64,000 bases of DNA from Octopus sinensis (lineage: Eukaryota), in the NCBI RefSeq assembly GCF_006345805.1, contig NC_043006.1:80910001-80974000 (forward strand). The letters are read 5' to 3'. Numbering within the stretch: the first letter of the stretch is position 1; each line of letters starts with the position of its first letter. The notes beneath the pieces were generated by a model. That model was not told where the DNA came from. It saw only the letters and a program-made list of their open reading frames with translations, and searched no databases. The position numbers were made by a program, and so were the translations under genes. Below are positions 1 through 13,068 of this stretch, in pieces.

Positions 1-671
1 GTTTTCTTTATGAGATTATACGCCATCAAAAATGATGACAATATTTCTAAAATTCTGCAGCCGCATCATACTTCATATCGCAAATATATAAATTGTCCTA
101 TGCTACCAAAATTTACTTTAGTATGATTCATTATTTCTATAAGCAAGTAAGCAAGTAAACATTACTTTCTATAACTAATGAAGGTTGTAACCAAAATGTG
201 TTTGTTAGCTCTTTGTTAAAAGGTACTGATATATATATAACTAATGTAGGATAAAATTTTTTTCGGGAAAAAATTTTATCAATGGCCAGCATATAAAAAA
301 ATACCTTTAAAGGTTAAATTTATGAATAATTTACAAGATAAATATCTTGTATATATATATATACAATTGTTTGCCTCTCTATGAGATCAGCGACTGTGTG
401 TCATTTCAAAAGTATATACCTTCAGCAAGGACAAGTGGTGGCATCTCTGGCCAACGGTTCTCCTAAGCCGATAAAGAGAAAAATACCCCAGAAACCATAG
501 TCCGTTTAAAGCTGACTGGGGACATTAGCTCCCTTGTTCGAGGTATAAGAACACAATTGTGCGTCGGTAGCCAGTTGGAAAAGATGTTTTCCTGACGCTA
601 AAAGAGATAGTAACATCGTTCTAATCAGAACTGCCACTTTACGTTAGAAAATAGATTTTACTCTCTCTCTT

Positions 672-699
<28 letters not shown>

Positions 700-703
<4 letters not shown>

Positions 704-1010
704 CGGGAAGAATTCACGAAAAAAAACAAAAGAAGAAAACCGGTTGTGTAGAAAACACAGATGTATTAGTGTAACGCTCGGGAATTGAAAAAGTCTTTAA
801 CGTTTCGAGCCTACGCTCTTCCACAGAAAGGAACACAGAAAGAAACAAGGAGAGAAACAAAGAGAGAAAAATGTGTAGTGGCTACCGATCTATCATGGCA
901 AATCCACACACACACATCTGTGTGTATAAAGCTAGTTTGTACGTACAACAAAGTAGAATATATTATAACAGTGCACCTTAGTTGTCCATCAATTCCTGCT
1001 TGGTCCTCAA
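700..1010 (-). mobile_element. Short repeat family Y with a hammerhead-like motif at 793-830
   Basis: The reverse complement reads CTTT-CTGTGGA-A-GAGC gtag GCTC-GAAA-CG-TT-AAAG. Homologous to 8495-8620 and 31660-31835. Confidence 0.55.
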
Positions 1011-1014
1011 GTAA

Positions 1015-1056
<42 letters not shown>

Positions 1057-1489
1057 CTGCGTGAGGTAATTAAATCCCTTGTTCGAGGTATAAGGACACA
1101 GTTGTGCATCAGTAGCTAGCTGCAAAAGATGTTTTTCCTCGAGCTAAAGAGGTAGTAATATCCATTATCCTAATCAAGACAGCCATATATACTTATATCC
1201 TACATAACTATTAACGTAGAAACACAGCACATAGAGTCATATACATAAGTATATAAAAATATATCTCATCATATAACTAAAGTTTGCTTCTTTTGATAAA
1301 AAATAAATTAACTATATCTATACATTAATAAGATAATATCTTTCCAACTAATTACCAACTTAACTTATCGGTCCAGCCTCCAAATTATGAAGCAAAATTG
1401 AAGACAAAGTTTACATCGTAAAACGACTGATAAACTATGGAAGACACACACGCATACAATATATATATATATTATATATATATATATAT

Positions 1490-1525
<36 letters not shown>

Positions 1526-1883
1526 ACTACACGATGAATTTCGATTGTGTTCTTCCGGACCAAATTTCTTGGCATGCATTAACCAACTCAAGAATATATT
1601 AGAAGACACTTTTGTCATGTGTTACGTTCTGGGATGAAACAAAGAACCATATGGTTATGAAGCGAACATTTTAGCTATGAAATTTGTCAGCACTTTTATT
1701 ACTGATATGCTTTGTTTTAGAATCCTCTATTCTGTGAGGCAGTTATATTTGCTCAATGTTACTGTGGGTTCAATTCAAACACTATTAACTCTATCTGATG
1801 TGAAACTAAGTATGTCATGCAACACATTCAGAATTGTTAAAGATTTGCCAACGGAGTCAAGCTGTTGCAGAATAATATTATAG

Positions 1884-2765
1884 ATAGACTAGCTTAAGGT
1901 GACCCGCTCTACGCGTGGATGAGGGTGTGGTTGTTACTTTCTGTTTCTTATCGCAACATTCTCCCTCTTAGTTTCTCTCTTCTTTCTTTCTAATTTTCCC
2001 GCTCTCTTGCTCTTCCTTTCTCTCGGACTCTCCTTCGCTTTCTCTTACTCTCTCTCTCTCTCTCGCTCTCTCTCCCGTTTATAAAAAACAAAAGATCTTG
2101 TGTAAGTTGAGAAATAAAATATTTTGAAAGATCAATCATAAATATCAGGCAGAGGCAACAAAAAGGTCTGCTCCAAGGCGGACAGCAAAACACTAATATT
2201 TAAAAGGGACAGACAAACTTGCGAGCTGAATAAAAAAAAATATTGGAAAACAAAGGTTGAAGGGATAGAATCTCAGGATAGTAGACTCACCATGGCTGGC
2301 ATTCAAAACTTCTTAATGACGGACAGCAACGTACTGGCAGTTTAACGGTTGGCGCAAAATTTTGAACTTGATGTAAAAGAAAATTCCTATACACCAAGTT
2401 TTGAAGTGATTCTTTCTCACGACAATAAACTCACCATGGCAGACATTTAAAACTTCTTCATGACGGACGGTAACACATTGATCGGGCAAAAGGTGTCCAA
2501 TGTAGACCCTTAAGTGTCCCCAAAAATCAATAAAATCCCCGTTTTCACACCAAAGCAACCACTGTAGCGCCCCCAAACGTCTCCCAAATCTATTTCTCAC
2601 CTCATGTTACCCACTCCTGTAACTTTTAATCCCCTTCCTGCCCCATTTAGACCCCTTTTTACATAAAAATCCAATGTGTATCAGCGTTCGCCTTCTTCAT
2701 TTTATAGATTAGATTAACTTTTCGATTTTCTGCCTTGTTAAGATCGTTTACTTCATGATATAGAG
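1884..2765 (+). mobile_element. Possible Helitron/HINE-like element with an internal ~48-bp duplication
   Basis: 5' ACTAGCTTAAGGTGACCCGCTCTACGCG; ACTCACCATGG..ACATT.AAAACTTCTT.ATGACGGAC occurs at ~2285 and ~2430. Confidence 0.3.
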
Positions 2766-3416
2766 TGAAAACAAGCAAAAACAAACATAAAATTCTCAAG
2801 TTAAATGTGGTTAGATGTGCATAACAAATAATACAACTTTCAGTGATGTTGTCTCCTAAGACTTCATATCCACACTACAAATATAGATTTTTGTGGAGCA
2901 TCTAGAAAATTAAAAAAAAAAAAGACATGCTATTTCACAATAAAAATATATTTAAAGGTTTTCCATAAATGGCCAATGAGGTTACAGCATTTAAAATAAC
3001 CATAAAATTTCCGTAGACACTATTAGTATCCATGAATATATCCACCGTGGATACTTGAAAAAAATCCTCAGAGTTGCTGATATCATTAATTTGATGGGCT
3101 TCAAAAAGGATAAAAAGTTGAGAAGTAGGATGACGTCACAGATTCGTCTTCATAATATTCGTTCTACCTACTTTAAACCTGTTGAAATCTTTTTGAAGTT
3201 TCATCTACTCTCTCTCTCCACTCTCTCTCTCTCTCTCCACACTCTCTCTCCACAAACACACACACTCTCTCTCTCTGACCTTCTCTTTCTATCACTTCTA
3301 ATCCTAATTTTCCTTACCGTTGACTTTTTTCTCTCTCAATATGCTAAGCTTCAGTTTTATTCTTCACACTTTATTTTTTCTCTCCCCTATCTTACCTTTA
3401 CTAGATTTTTCTCTCT

Positions 3417-3459
<43 letters not shown>

Positions 3460-5702
3460 CTGGCTGCCTTTGTGTCTCTTTTGTCCTTACTATTTATTCT
3501 CTACACCTTATATTCTGCTCAATCTCCCTCTTTTTACTCCAATTTTATCGTGCTATATTATAGACGAAAATTACTTGCAAAAAATATTATGTGGCGTCTT
3601 TCCTCCTAAATCATCACAGTCAACCAGTCAAATAGTTATATAAAAATGAAATATATACGATAGTCGAGATTCGATTATAATAACCATGTGTTAACCAGCT
3701 CACATTCGAGACACAAACAAACCAACAACCAAATGTAAAATATGCTGGAACGGAAATTCTCTGAATTATTCGAGTATCTGATCAAACTTCAGTTTGTTTT
3801 TGTAGTGAAATAATCATTTACACTTAAGTTTTTTCTAAACTAAATGTATCAACTTTATTATGTTGTACAACGTACTTGCTCTATCAAAATAAGAACAAGT
3901 GAATCCTCCATCGCCTCTTCCTCCTCTTTTTCCTTTTTCGACACCATCTTCTTAGGATTCCTTTATTTTATTTTGTCTGAGTTAAGGCATTGTTATACAA
4001 TCTTAACACCTGAACTGAAGACACACAATATGCTGAAACGGAAACGCTCACAGATTTAGAGATAATTGAATATTAAATATATAAGAAAATATATATCACC
4101 ATGAAATGCTAATAAATTACTTGTTTGAAATAAATTGAAAAAGAAAAAAAAACACATCCCTCTTATCGTTGTCTCTTCTATGTGAGATGAATAAACTAAT
4201 ATCCGCTTTGACAAAGGAAATTTTATTTTTCATGTCGTTGATTATGACATATTGAAACTGAGACGACATCTAAATATGAATGCATGAGCAATGTGTAGTC
4301 CAGCTAAAAAACACATGCACACAAATATATTGACAAATAAAATGTCTGAAGGCAAGACCTGAATCGGATAATTTCCGAAATATTCTAACGTCTGATCACC
4401 TACTTCAGGCGTTAGCAAGAAGATAATTATCTGTGATTCACTCATGTTTTATTCTGAACTAAATACACCACTTTTAATATATATATATTTTTTCTATTTC
4501 ATTTCCCATATCTGTCTATGACAGTGTTTCTCACTTACTTGAACGCAATGCAACACAAAACCAACTTCTCTCATTGAATTAACATAATGCAAATCAATCT
4601 TAGCGTCTCCACGGAAGATAGTAAATATGCTGAAACGGGGAAAAAACCTAAGATTTGAAAGTTATTGGATATTAAATATATAACTTTGAATTGGTAATTA
4701 CTAATTATTAGATTTTAACCATTCATCATATTCTTCTCTATCTTTTTTGAGATGCACAAATCAGTTTCTATGTTAACAAATGCATAATATGAACTTAATT
4801 TAGGCCATGTTGTATTCATACTTACCATCAATAAGTTATCTTCGTCTATCTCTTATTTGACGCAACACTGGAAATGTCTCACTAGGAGCTTCAAGTTTTA
4901 GTGGCCTAAAGAACTGAATATACATACGATTCACAAAACAGCTTTAGTCTATTATAGTTTAGGTTAGTGTAACACCAACTAAGATCTTTCTTGCGTGTAA
5001 GGGTAAAGCAAATACCTCTACAAGAAAATATTGCTACTGTCTACTGTTCTAATATTCAAAGAAGCCAAACATATTTAATACATAGAAAGCTGGTGCTGTT
5101 TTAGTACATCTAAGCTGTAGTGTAACTTACGATTTAGATGCTATATATAATACTAATACTAATGTTACACGATCGATATAATTCGATAACAAGAAACCTA
5201 AGAATATAATTGGCAAAAAGAAAGTATGGTTGACAAAAAATTCAGTTTTTTATCATCTTTTAGTGAGAAACGAACGAAGTGCTCGGGAAATTTACTGAAC
5301 TTTTGACACCGATAGACGATAGGAAGATGGCTTCAAACAGGAGATCTTATCAGAGTACTGGTGACTGTGGCTTCCGTTAAAGACACACGATTTGCCACTC
5401 GGTGGTCTTGAACGACTGGTCATCGTTTCACTGTTTTATGTCTTAAACTATATAATAGCTTACGAATGTATTTTTTAAAACTTTCATTACGATATTTCAA
5501 ATTACGTATACCTACATAAAGAAATATATATATACATATAACCATGTCTATCTATGTATATATATATATATATATATATATCTATATTTAAAATTGAGGA
5601 TAAAATCTTTATAAGGAATTATCAGTAGTTAGCGTGAAAAACCTCGTAAGAGAAAAAATCCGTAAATTTTTCCACTTTGAAAATATTTATTTATATTATA
5701 TA

Positions 5703-5756
5703 GAGGGTACTACTATTCATAGATACCACACGGTATCTATGAATAGTAGTACCCTG
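5703..5756. repeat. Perfect 24-bp-arm hairpin, probably a collapsed Tc1/mariner-like MITE
   Basis: AGGGTACTACTATTCATAGATACC-ACAC-GGTATCTATGAATAGTAGTACCCT, flanked by TA. Confidence 0.8.
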
Positions 5757-5806
<50 letters not shown>

Positions 5807-6250
5807 ATATCTATCTATGTGTGCATATATATATATTGAATAGTATTCATAAAAATCTTTTACTTCAGGTGATTGAATAATTTTTCTTGTACTGTACTCT
5901 TACTGACTCTTGTCTTCTTCGTAGACAATTTATCCAAAGGTAGGAGGGACAATATCAATGATCATTACATTCACTCCTAGATTGTAAGACTGGTGTAAAC
6001 CATAACCATACTAACCATAGATTAATGCTTGTATGAAAAACCCGAACGAAGTGGTAACCAGTAGTCACATGGTTCCAACAAAATTTAAATTCGTTAAAAA
6101 ACTTAAGAATCACAATATACTATTTATTAATGCATCATTTAATTCTTTTTAAATATTAACACTATTCTTTTGGTATTATACATTATATGCACTGTAAACC
6201 TGTTATACATCATATGCACTGTAAACCTAAAGGTTAGTATAATTGCTGTT

Positions 6251-6517
6251 TGTTCCTTCTCGAGCCATGCCTGGCTCATAGGGGCCGGTTTCCCGGTTTA
6301 CTTGGCGTATAGGTTCCCCACCTGGACGGGACATCGGTCCGTCGCAGGTGAGCTGCAAGATGCAGGAGGAAAGAGTGAGAGAAAGTTGTGACGAAAGAGT
6401 CAGCAGAAGTTCGCCATTACCTTCTGCCGGAGCCGCGTGGAGCTTAGATGTTTCGCTCATAAACACATACATCGACCGCGAGTTCGCTGCTCTAACCACT
6501 AGGCCATGTGCCTTCGC
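6251..6517 (-). mobile_element. SINE sharing the family B central domain
   Basis: GAAAGAGTGAGAGAAAGTTGTG..GAAAGAGT.CAGCAG core plus the head reverse complement CTCTAACCACTAGGCCATGTGCC. Confidence 0.75.
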
Positions 6518-8420
6518 TTTAGTATAACTAAATGGTTATATTTTGGTTCCTTACCATTCATAAAATATTGTGGCCTAGTATATTCCGAACATCGAATAAA
6601 TAATGGACAGTAGTTTTGCATTAAATCACATGCTAGATATTTTCCGATATAAAGAAATGTTTTCTTACGATTTGAAGCCAACGTTAATTTTTACTGCTGG
6701 CATACTCGTATTTCTGTCACTAGAATTTTTATACTGGCCAGAAAGATTAAGATAAAAGTTATCTTCTTTCAAATGAAATGTATATATCTTCAAAGTGCAA
6801 TATATTTGTAGTGCTGAGGACGTAAGTAATTAACTCCGGATTATTTATTTATTACGATTTGCATAAATATCTATCGCTATTTAATATTTTCTAAATACCT
6901 CATGGTTGTTTTTCACGGAAAAGTAAACTGGAATGACTATAATTTAGTGGGTTCCTGAGAAATACAATGTCTGAAGTTGATTTACGTCCAGTAGTTGAGA
7001 ACGGATTCTTTAATAAGCCTCCTTCCACATTTTTCCCACTATTACACGTAACGGACTGAAACATACTGTAATACATAATACTACGATGTAGAAAATAAGA
7101 GTTATCATAAGAAATGCACATATTTTTTATTCTTAAAACAATCTCATAAATTGTTTTCGATTCTTAATTTGAAAAGACTACTGTAAACATTTTAAATGAA
7201 TAACACGTGAATTACGACTTGCGATGAAAGCTTCAGAAAGGTGAACGCAAGCTTTCTCTCACAATTTTTGTTTTCAAGTGTAAAAGTAGAAAGTATTGCT
7301 CATTTATAATTATATTGCTACTTATTTGTTTTATATTTCAAGTGCAGCATTAATAAATTGTTCTTTGTCTGAATAGTTACAGAGATTACACTGCTGATAT
7401 ATAAATATACATGTACATATATATATATATATATACATATGTGTGTGAGTGTACATATATTGTATATATATTACAGCTAATGGAATTAAGCGATTTGTTT
7501 TGTCTTATTCCATGTTATAATGTTACTAGACAGTCGATACACATTTACGTGGTGCCTCGGTTTTAACTGCTATTTCCTTTGCGTCAGTTATTGCTTTCAT
7601 GCCAATTTCAATTGCATGAAATAACATTTACTCAAGTTTCTTCTCATTTATAGAATAATAAAGAAAAGACAACCCCCTCCACCCACAAAAACAGAAAAAT
7701 ATCAGCACGCAAAAATTCAAGCACGAAGATGTTGAAGACAATGGTATCGAAAATGTAATACAAAATGAAAAGAAAGAAGAAAGATGTGAGAGTGGGGAGG
7801 GGAAATACGAAATGGAATGAAAGACCGACGATGTTAAACGCATGACAAATTAAATGTAACTGAATTCCATAACAACAGAAGCCATAACAACGAAACATTT
7901 TATTTCGGAATATCATAACTTGGTCATAATTTCTCAGATTGATAGACTCAATATTGAAAAATTTAAACCGGTGCTATAGTTTTTCCGAAGACGAACGCTT
8001 ATAATGAATTAATTTAATAGAATTATCTCTAACTTGAAACTATCTGTCACTCTCTGCTAATATATATATATATATGTGTGAGTTTCTGTTTGTATGTGCA
8101 TATCTGTGTGTGCGCCTGTTCGTATGTATGTGTGTTTGAACGTATGTTATTAGTGCGTGAAATACCGTATTGAGTGACGAATATGATTGTGTGCGTATGT
8201 CTGGAAGATTGTGGCCTTGAAGTCGTCGAAATTTATATCACACATCTCTCTCGTCCCCCCACTCTCTCTCTCTCTCTATCTGTCTGTCTGTCTATTTATC
8301 TACATATATGTAAGTATAAGTAAGTGAATATATATATATATAATATATATATATATATACATACATACACACACACACATACACACATATATATATATAT
8401 ATATATATAAAGATAGATAT

Positions 8421-8491
<71 letters not shown>

Positions 8492-8494
8492 TAG

Positions 8495-8620
8495 GGTGAA
8501 TTCACAAAAAAGAACGGAAACAGGTGGCGTACGCAACAAACAAATGCATTAGTTTAATGCTCGGGAAGTGAAAAAGTCTTTAACGTTTCAAGTCTACGTT
8601 CTTCCACAGAAAGGAGAGAG
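8495..8620 (-). mobile_element. Family Y copy
   Basis: GCTCGGGAAGTGAAAAAGTCTTTAACGTTTCAAGTCTACGTTCTTCCACAGAAAG matches 777-830. Confidence 0.55.
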
Positions 8621-8977
8621 AAAGTAAATAATGTTTGTGTCGACTCACACAGGTATATACATAGATATGCATACGCACAAACTCACACACCGAGATATAT
8701 ACACATGTGTGTGTCTGTGCGTATATATATATACACATATATATATGTATATATATATATATATATTATGTGAAATAGAAAGATGAATAATCTTGTAGTA
8801 GATTAATCAAAAGTTTAACCGATACCTTAGTAGCAAAAATCACAGCAGTAAACAGCACGGTTGGAGGTACAACCATCTGGCGTTGCAACCGTGCGTTGGT
8901 GCGGATAATTGAAATTAAAACATTATTGGTGAATTGAAGAAATGGAGCTGAACGCAGATTGAACAGAAATCGTTTTA

Positions 8978-9067
8978 TTTCATTCTACACGTGTTTCGAA
9001 AGGCACAACTTACCAAAATCCGATTAAATAATGGGACCATATTGTGTCTTTCTCTTCAGGAAGAAAA
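8978..9067 (-). ncRNA. Hammerhead ribozyme motif, mirror copy in the left arm
   Basis: Reverse complement of 12188-12276 with few substitutions. Confidence 0.72.
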
Positions 9068-9730
9068 AAGGAAATCCGTTGAAAAACAAAAACAGAACAG
9101 AGGCGGAGCAAAAACAAAAACAAATCGAACTATCTCCTAAGAGCCCATGGCGAAACTGTTTATCAGTGTATTTGAGAACCGGTGGCTGAAGAATTCAACG
9201 GGTCAGGCATCGGTCAATCGTGTGGGTGAGGGTGTATAGATGTTCTTTGTGACCGAGAATAAAGTTCTGACTATTTAAGGAATATTGGATGTTTTATAAG
9301 GGCGAGAAAAAATCTACTTAGAGACGTGTGTGTGTGTATACTGTTCTATATATGTGTGTGTTGGCGTAGGGGTAGAAAACATTTTTTGTGTACGTGTGTG
9401 CGTTTGATCGTTCGGCTGTCAGTGGCTACTGCCGTGATAACCGTTGGGTGGCAGAAAGAAAAAAAATATATATATATTATGTTTTATGTGTGTGTGTGTT
9501 CATCTAAGCCTGCCTTGTCAAGGAAACCCCCCGCTGTGAAAAAACCAAGCCCCGTTTGTCTTACAGGAGTAATTCCCCTTGCAGTGGTTAATCGTAGATA
9601 TCTTAAAGGCTATTTCAGAATTTGTTACCAAGGGCTATGGGTGCCGGTATTATTTATAAACGCTATTTAAAAGCCAGATAAGTGTAACGCCGCCAATGGG
9701 GGCATCGAAAAGCCGACTGTAAGAGCCCGT

Positions 9731-10035
9731 TTACCATCCGCCTCTGGCAAACAAAATATGGAAGAGTTCGGAGACACAAAGGTTGCACTGTCTTCTGCCC
9801 CTATCAAATGGGAGGGCCACCGACAAAATTGACCATTCCAGCCTATAGCTTAAGTTCGTATCCTTCAGTCGCCATATTAGCTTACTGAGTCCCGTGGTCT
9901 GGCGCTTGTTCACGTCCCGAAAAGTTGCGTAATGGTTGGAGACACGCAAAGACAATCTTGAGGATGATGCCCCTACATAAGTGAAGACATCTGAGTCCGT
10001 GTAAACCTTGCATTGGTAGACGGCGTTTTTAATCT
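9731..10035 (-). pseudogene. Penelope GIY-YIG endonuclease (left arm copy)
   Basis: Inverted copy of 11215-11518. ORF 9731..9955 reads RVSNHYATF...LSKLIWRLKD....EWSIL......CNLCVSELFHI. Confidence 0.85.
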
Positions 10036-10343
10036 TAATCTGCTAGGATTGGTTTCTGAAATTAGAACTGCGTTCCTGTCACTATATTCGTTCCGAGACC
10101 TGCAGGCGCTTACTACTCTATTTTCCACTACGTCACTATTAACTATAGGAATAACCCCTGATTCTCCACTATCTATCAGAGTGCTGTCATTGCTACTGCC
10201 CGTGGTGCTGCTATTGCGGGAAATGATGCTGGGGATGCTATTGGGGCTCTCTACCCTACTCCCATTGTTACCGTCAACCACAACACCCCTATTTATAACT
10301 ATACCCCTAGTGGGTACTCCCTGGCTGGAGCTGAGATTATGTG

Positions 10344-11214
10344 TCACTGTACTGGCTCTCTATCATTATTACTACTATAATTATTCCTACTGAGCATTAA
10401 ACCGGGAGCGGAAGAGGCTGTGCCTCCGGAAAAAGGTGATAGGGTCTTAGTAAGTAGCCTATTATTATGGGAGGCGATTATCTGGGCGAGGTTTTTAGTG
10501 TTGGAGAAAGCTATCCTAACTTTATGTGAGTTAACCGTGGAGTAATATATTGGAATTTCTGGGGAAGTTATTGGCGATGGCTTGTCTTGTCTAAACATGG
10601 GGGGAGGTTAGTTCTAATCTGCTTACCAAAGGGGATTACAACCACATATGCTTATTCCTATCATTGTGATGGGTCGGGACGCCAGCTCTCGCATTCGGGT
10701 GGGTGATTCTCGGATGAATAACGGGTCTTGGGTTAGTGTAAGACCTCCCGGACCGATAATTATCCTTGTTCGCTAAATTAAATGCGGGAGCGACTACCCC
10801 GGCATCCGCCGCGCTCCCGTCCTTACTTAAAATGTTAATGTTATTATATACAGCCCTATCCTGATGACCGAATGATGGCATCGGAAGGGCCGGATCAATA
10901 TAAATTACCTTCTGCCTATAACCGGCCTTGGATAGTGCGGCGTTATAAAATTCCGCTTTCTGCATAAAAATATCGGCACTGGCGGACAAGCCAGACAATC
11001 TTAGAGAGATGTTTTTAACCAAATTGTCTGTTACGGTTTTGGCATGATTTGAGAAGACACTGACATACTTCAAATTAGTGGAAGGCTTATGGTAAGGGCA
11101 GTATGAGTCGCTATTAAGGTTAAGTGTAACGTCTAGGAAATTAGCCTTGGTGAGTTCATTATCAAAAACTATACTCATGCCCATTCTATTAAAAAACACG
11201 TCGGCGAACTCCAA
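10344..11214 (-). pseudogene. Penelope reverse transcriptase C-terminal/thumb region and linker (degenerate, frameshifted)
   Basis: ORF 10636..11220 has NFLDVTLNL..YCPYHKP..YV...SNH...VKNISLRLSGLS....F...YNAALSKAGY. ORF 10344..10598 has KVRIAFSNTKNLAQIIASHNNRLL. Both are recognisable PLE motifs. Confidence 0.85.
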
Positions 11215-11518
11215 GATCAAAAACGCCGTCTACCAATGCAAGGTTTACACGGACTCAGATGTCTTCACTTATGTAGGGGCATCATCCTCAAGATTGTTTT
11301 TGCGTGTCTCCAACCATTACGCAACTTTTCGGGACGTGAACAAGCGCCAGACCACGGGACTCAGTAAGCTAATATGGCGACTGAAGGATACGAACTTAAG
11401 CTATAGGCTGGAATGGTCAATTTTGTCGGTGGCCCTCCCATTTGATAGGGGCAGAAGACAGTGCAACCTTTGTGTCTCCGAACTCTTCCATATTTGTTTG
11501 CCAGAGGCCGGATGGTAA
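11215..11518 (+). pseudogene. Penelope GIY-YIG endonuclease (right arm copy)
   Basis: KNAVYQCKV...TYVGASSSRLFLRVSNH...CNLCVSE contains the AVY/YVG motifs, conserved R and E, and the PLE-type H/CxxC residues. Confidence 0.88.
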
Positions 11519-12187
11519 ACGGGCTCTTACAGTCGGCTTTTCGATGCCCCCATTGGCGGCGTTACACTTATCTGGCTTTTAAATAGCGTTTATAAATAAT
11601 ACCGGCACCCATAGCCCTTGGTAACAAATTCTGAAATAGCCTTTAAGATATCTACGATTAACCACTGCAAGGGGAATTACTCCTGTAAGACAAACGGGGC
11701 TTGGTTTTTTCACAGCGGGGGGTTTCCTTGACAAGGCAGGCTTAGATGAACACACACACACATAAAACATAATATATATATATTTTTTTTCTTTCTTTCT
11801 GCCCCCAACGGTTATCACGGCAGTAGCCACTGACAGCCGAACGATCAAACGCACACACGTACACAAAAAAATGTTCTACCCCTACGCCAACACACACATA
11901 TATAGAACAGTATACACACACACACGTCTCTAAGTAGATTTTTTCTCGCCCCTTATAAAACATCCAATATTCCTTAAATAGTCAGAACTTTATTCTCGGT
12001 CACAAAGAACATCTATACACCCTCACCCACACGATTGACCGATGCCTGACCCGTTGAATTCTTCAGCCACCGGTTCTCAACATACACTGATAAACAGTTT
12101 CGCCATGGGCTCTTAGGAGCATAGTTCGATTTGTTTTTGTTTTTGCTCCGCCTCTGTTCTGTTTTTGTTTTTCCAACGGATTTCTTT

Positions 12188-12276
12188 TTTCTTCCTGAAG
12201 AGAAAGACACAATATGGTCCCATTATTCAATCGGATTTTGGTAATTTGTGCCTTTCGAAACACGTGTAGAATGAAA
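12188..12276 (+). ncRNA. Minimal type I hammerhead ribozyme motif in the Penelope 3' region
   Basis: TTTCTTC-CTGAAGA (12195-12201), stem II GAAAG.CACAA/TTGTG.CTTTC, GAAA (12257-12260), palindromic CACGTG, TA, then GAATGAAA (bulged stem I). Confidence 0.75.
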
Positions 12277-12603
12277 TAAAACGATTTCTGTTCAATCTGC
12301 GTTCAGCTCCATTTCTTCAATTCACCAATAATGTTATATATATATATATAATATACACAAGAGTTTAGGAATGAAGTAGCCCGGATTCTATCTACACCAT
12401 TCCTTAACTCTTGGATTATTATTCGCATACCTGGCAACCCTGGTTGCCAACCGTCATATATAATAATTCTTTTCTGCTTATCGTACTTTGATACGGAAAA
12501 TATTCACAATATTCAGCCTCAATAAACCACTGGTTGTTTTTATTATTTTCTACTGATTGCTTGAAGCTCATTTACTTCCTATTCCTCGATCCTTGTATCT
12601 AAA

Positions 12604-12638
<35 letters not shown>

Positions 12639-12640
<2 letters not shown>

Positions 12641-12835
12641 CGTGACCGACCAGGCTATCAGATGTAGTTACACATCGCTGGTCACAATGCGTTCGCATTG
12701 TTTTAGCCTTCAAATGACGCCACCCCGCTGGCTAAGCGAGCAGGCCAACAGAAGAAAGAGTGAGAGAAAGTTGTGGTGAAAGAGTACAGCAGGGATCACC
12801 ACCACCTGCCGGAGCTTCGTGAAGCTTTTAGGTGT
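12639..12835 (-). mobile_element. SINE body fragment with the family B central domain
   Basis: AGAAAGAGTGAGAGAAAGTTGTGGTGAAAGAGTACAGCAGGGATCACCAC. Confidence 0.7.
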
Positions 12836-13068
12836 CTTTGCATATATAAGGGGTTTAGTTCACTTGAGGTCTAAACGAATAGGTACACTGGGTAAGTGCT
12901 ATAGTTGGTCGAACGTTAGGTTCAAATATCACAGCCAAGGCTATATCTAAGGACCCTTGCTAGGTTTCGTTATATCATGTATATATTATATTAGAGAAAT
13001 CAAACCCAACGCAGAACGAGTATCTCAAGTAATCTAGAATAATTTAATTAGGGTAGGGTGAATTGAAA

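Larger units (their letters stand above)
8810..12335. mobile_element. Penelope-like element (PLE), 5'-truncated, with an inverted duplication of its endonuclease/3' region (arms ~8919-10035 and ~11215-12335)
   Basis: The arms are reverse complements, e.g. 9731-9960 vs 11285-11518 and AACATTATTGGTGAA (8919) vs TTCACCAATAATGTT (12335). The minus strand reads RT C-terminus, linker, GIY-YIG, then a 3' region with a hammerhead. Inverted terminal duplication is a known PLE architecture. The 8810-8918 boundary is approximate. Confidence 0.9.

Noticed and set aside
3880-3955. Minus-strand MVSKKEKEEEEAMEDSLVLILIEQ|gt exon candidate
   Set aside because: Purine-rich low complexity with no recognisable product.
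5281-5420. AAGATGGC start context (MASNRRSYQSTG)
   Set aside because: The frame stops after 17 codons, the donor is weak, and there is no other support.
9973-10393. 124-126 aa ORFs on both strands as independent genes
   Set aside because: They fall inside the Penelope RT-endonuclease linker.
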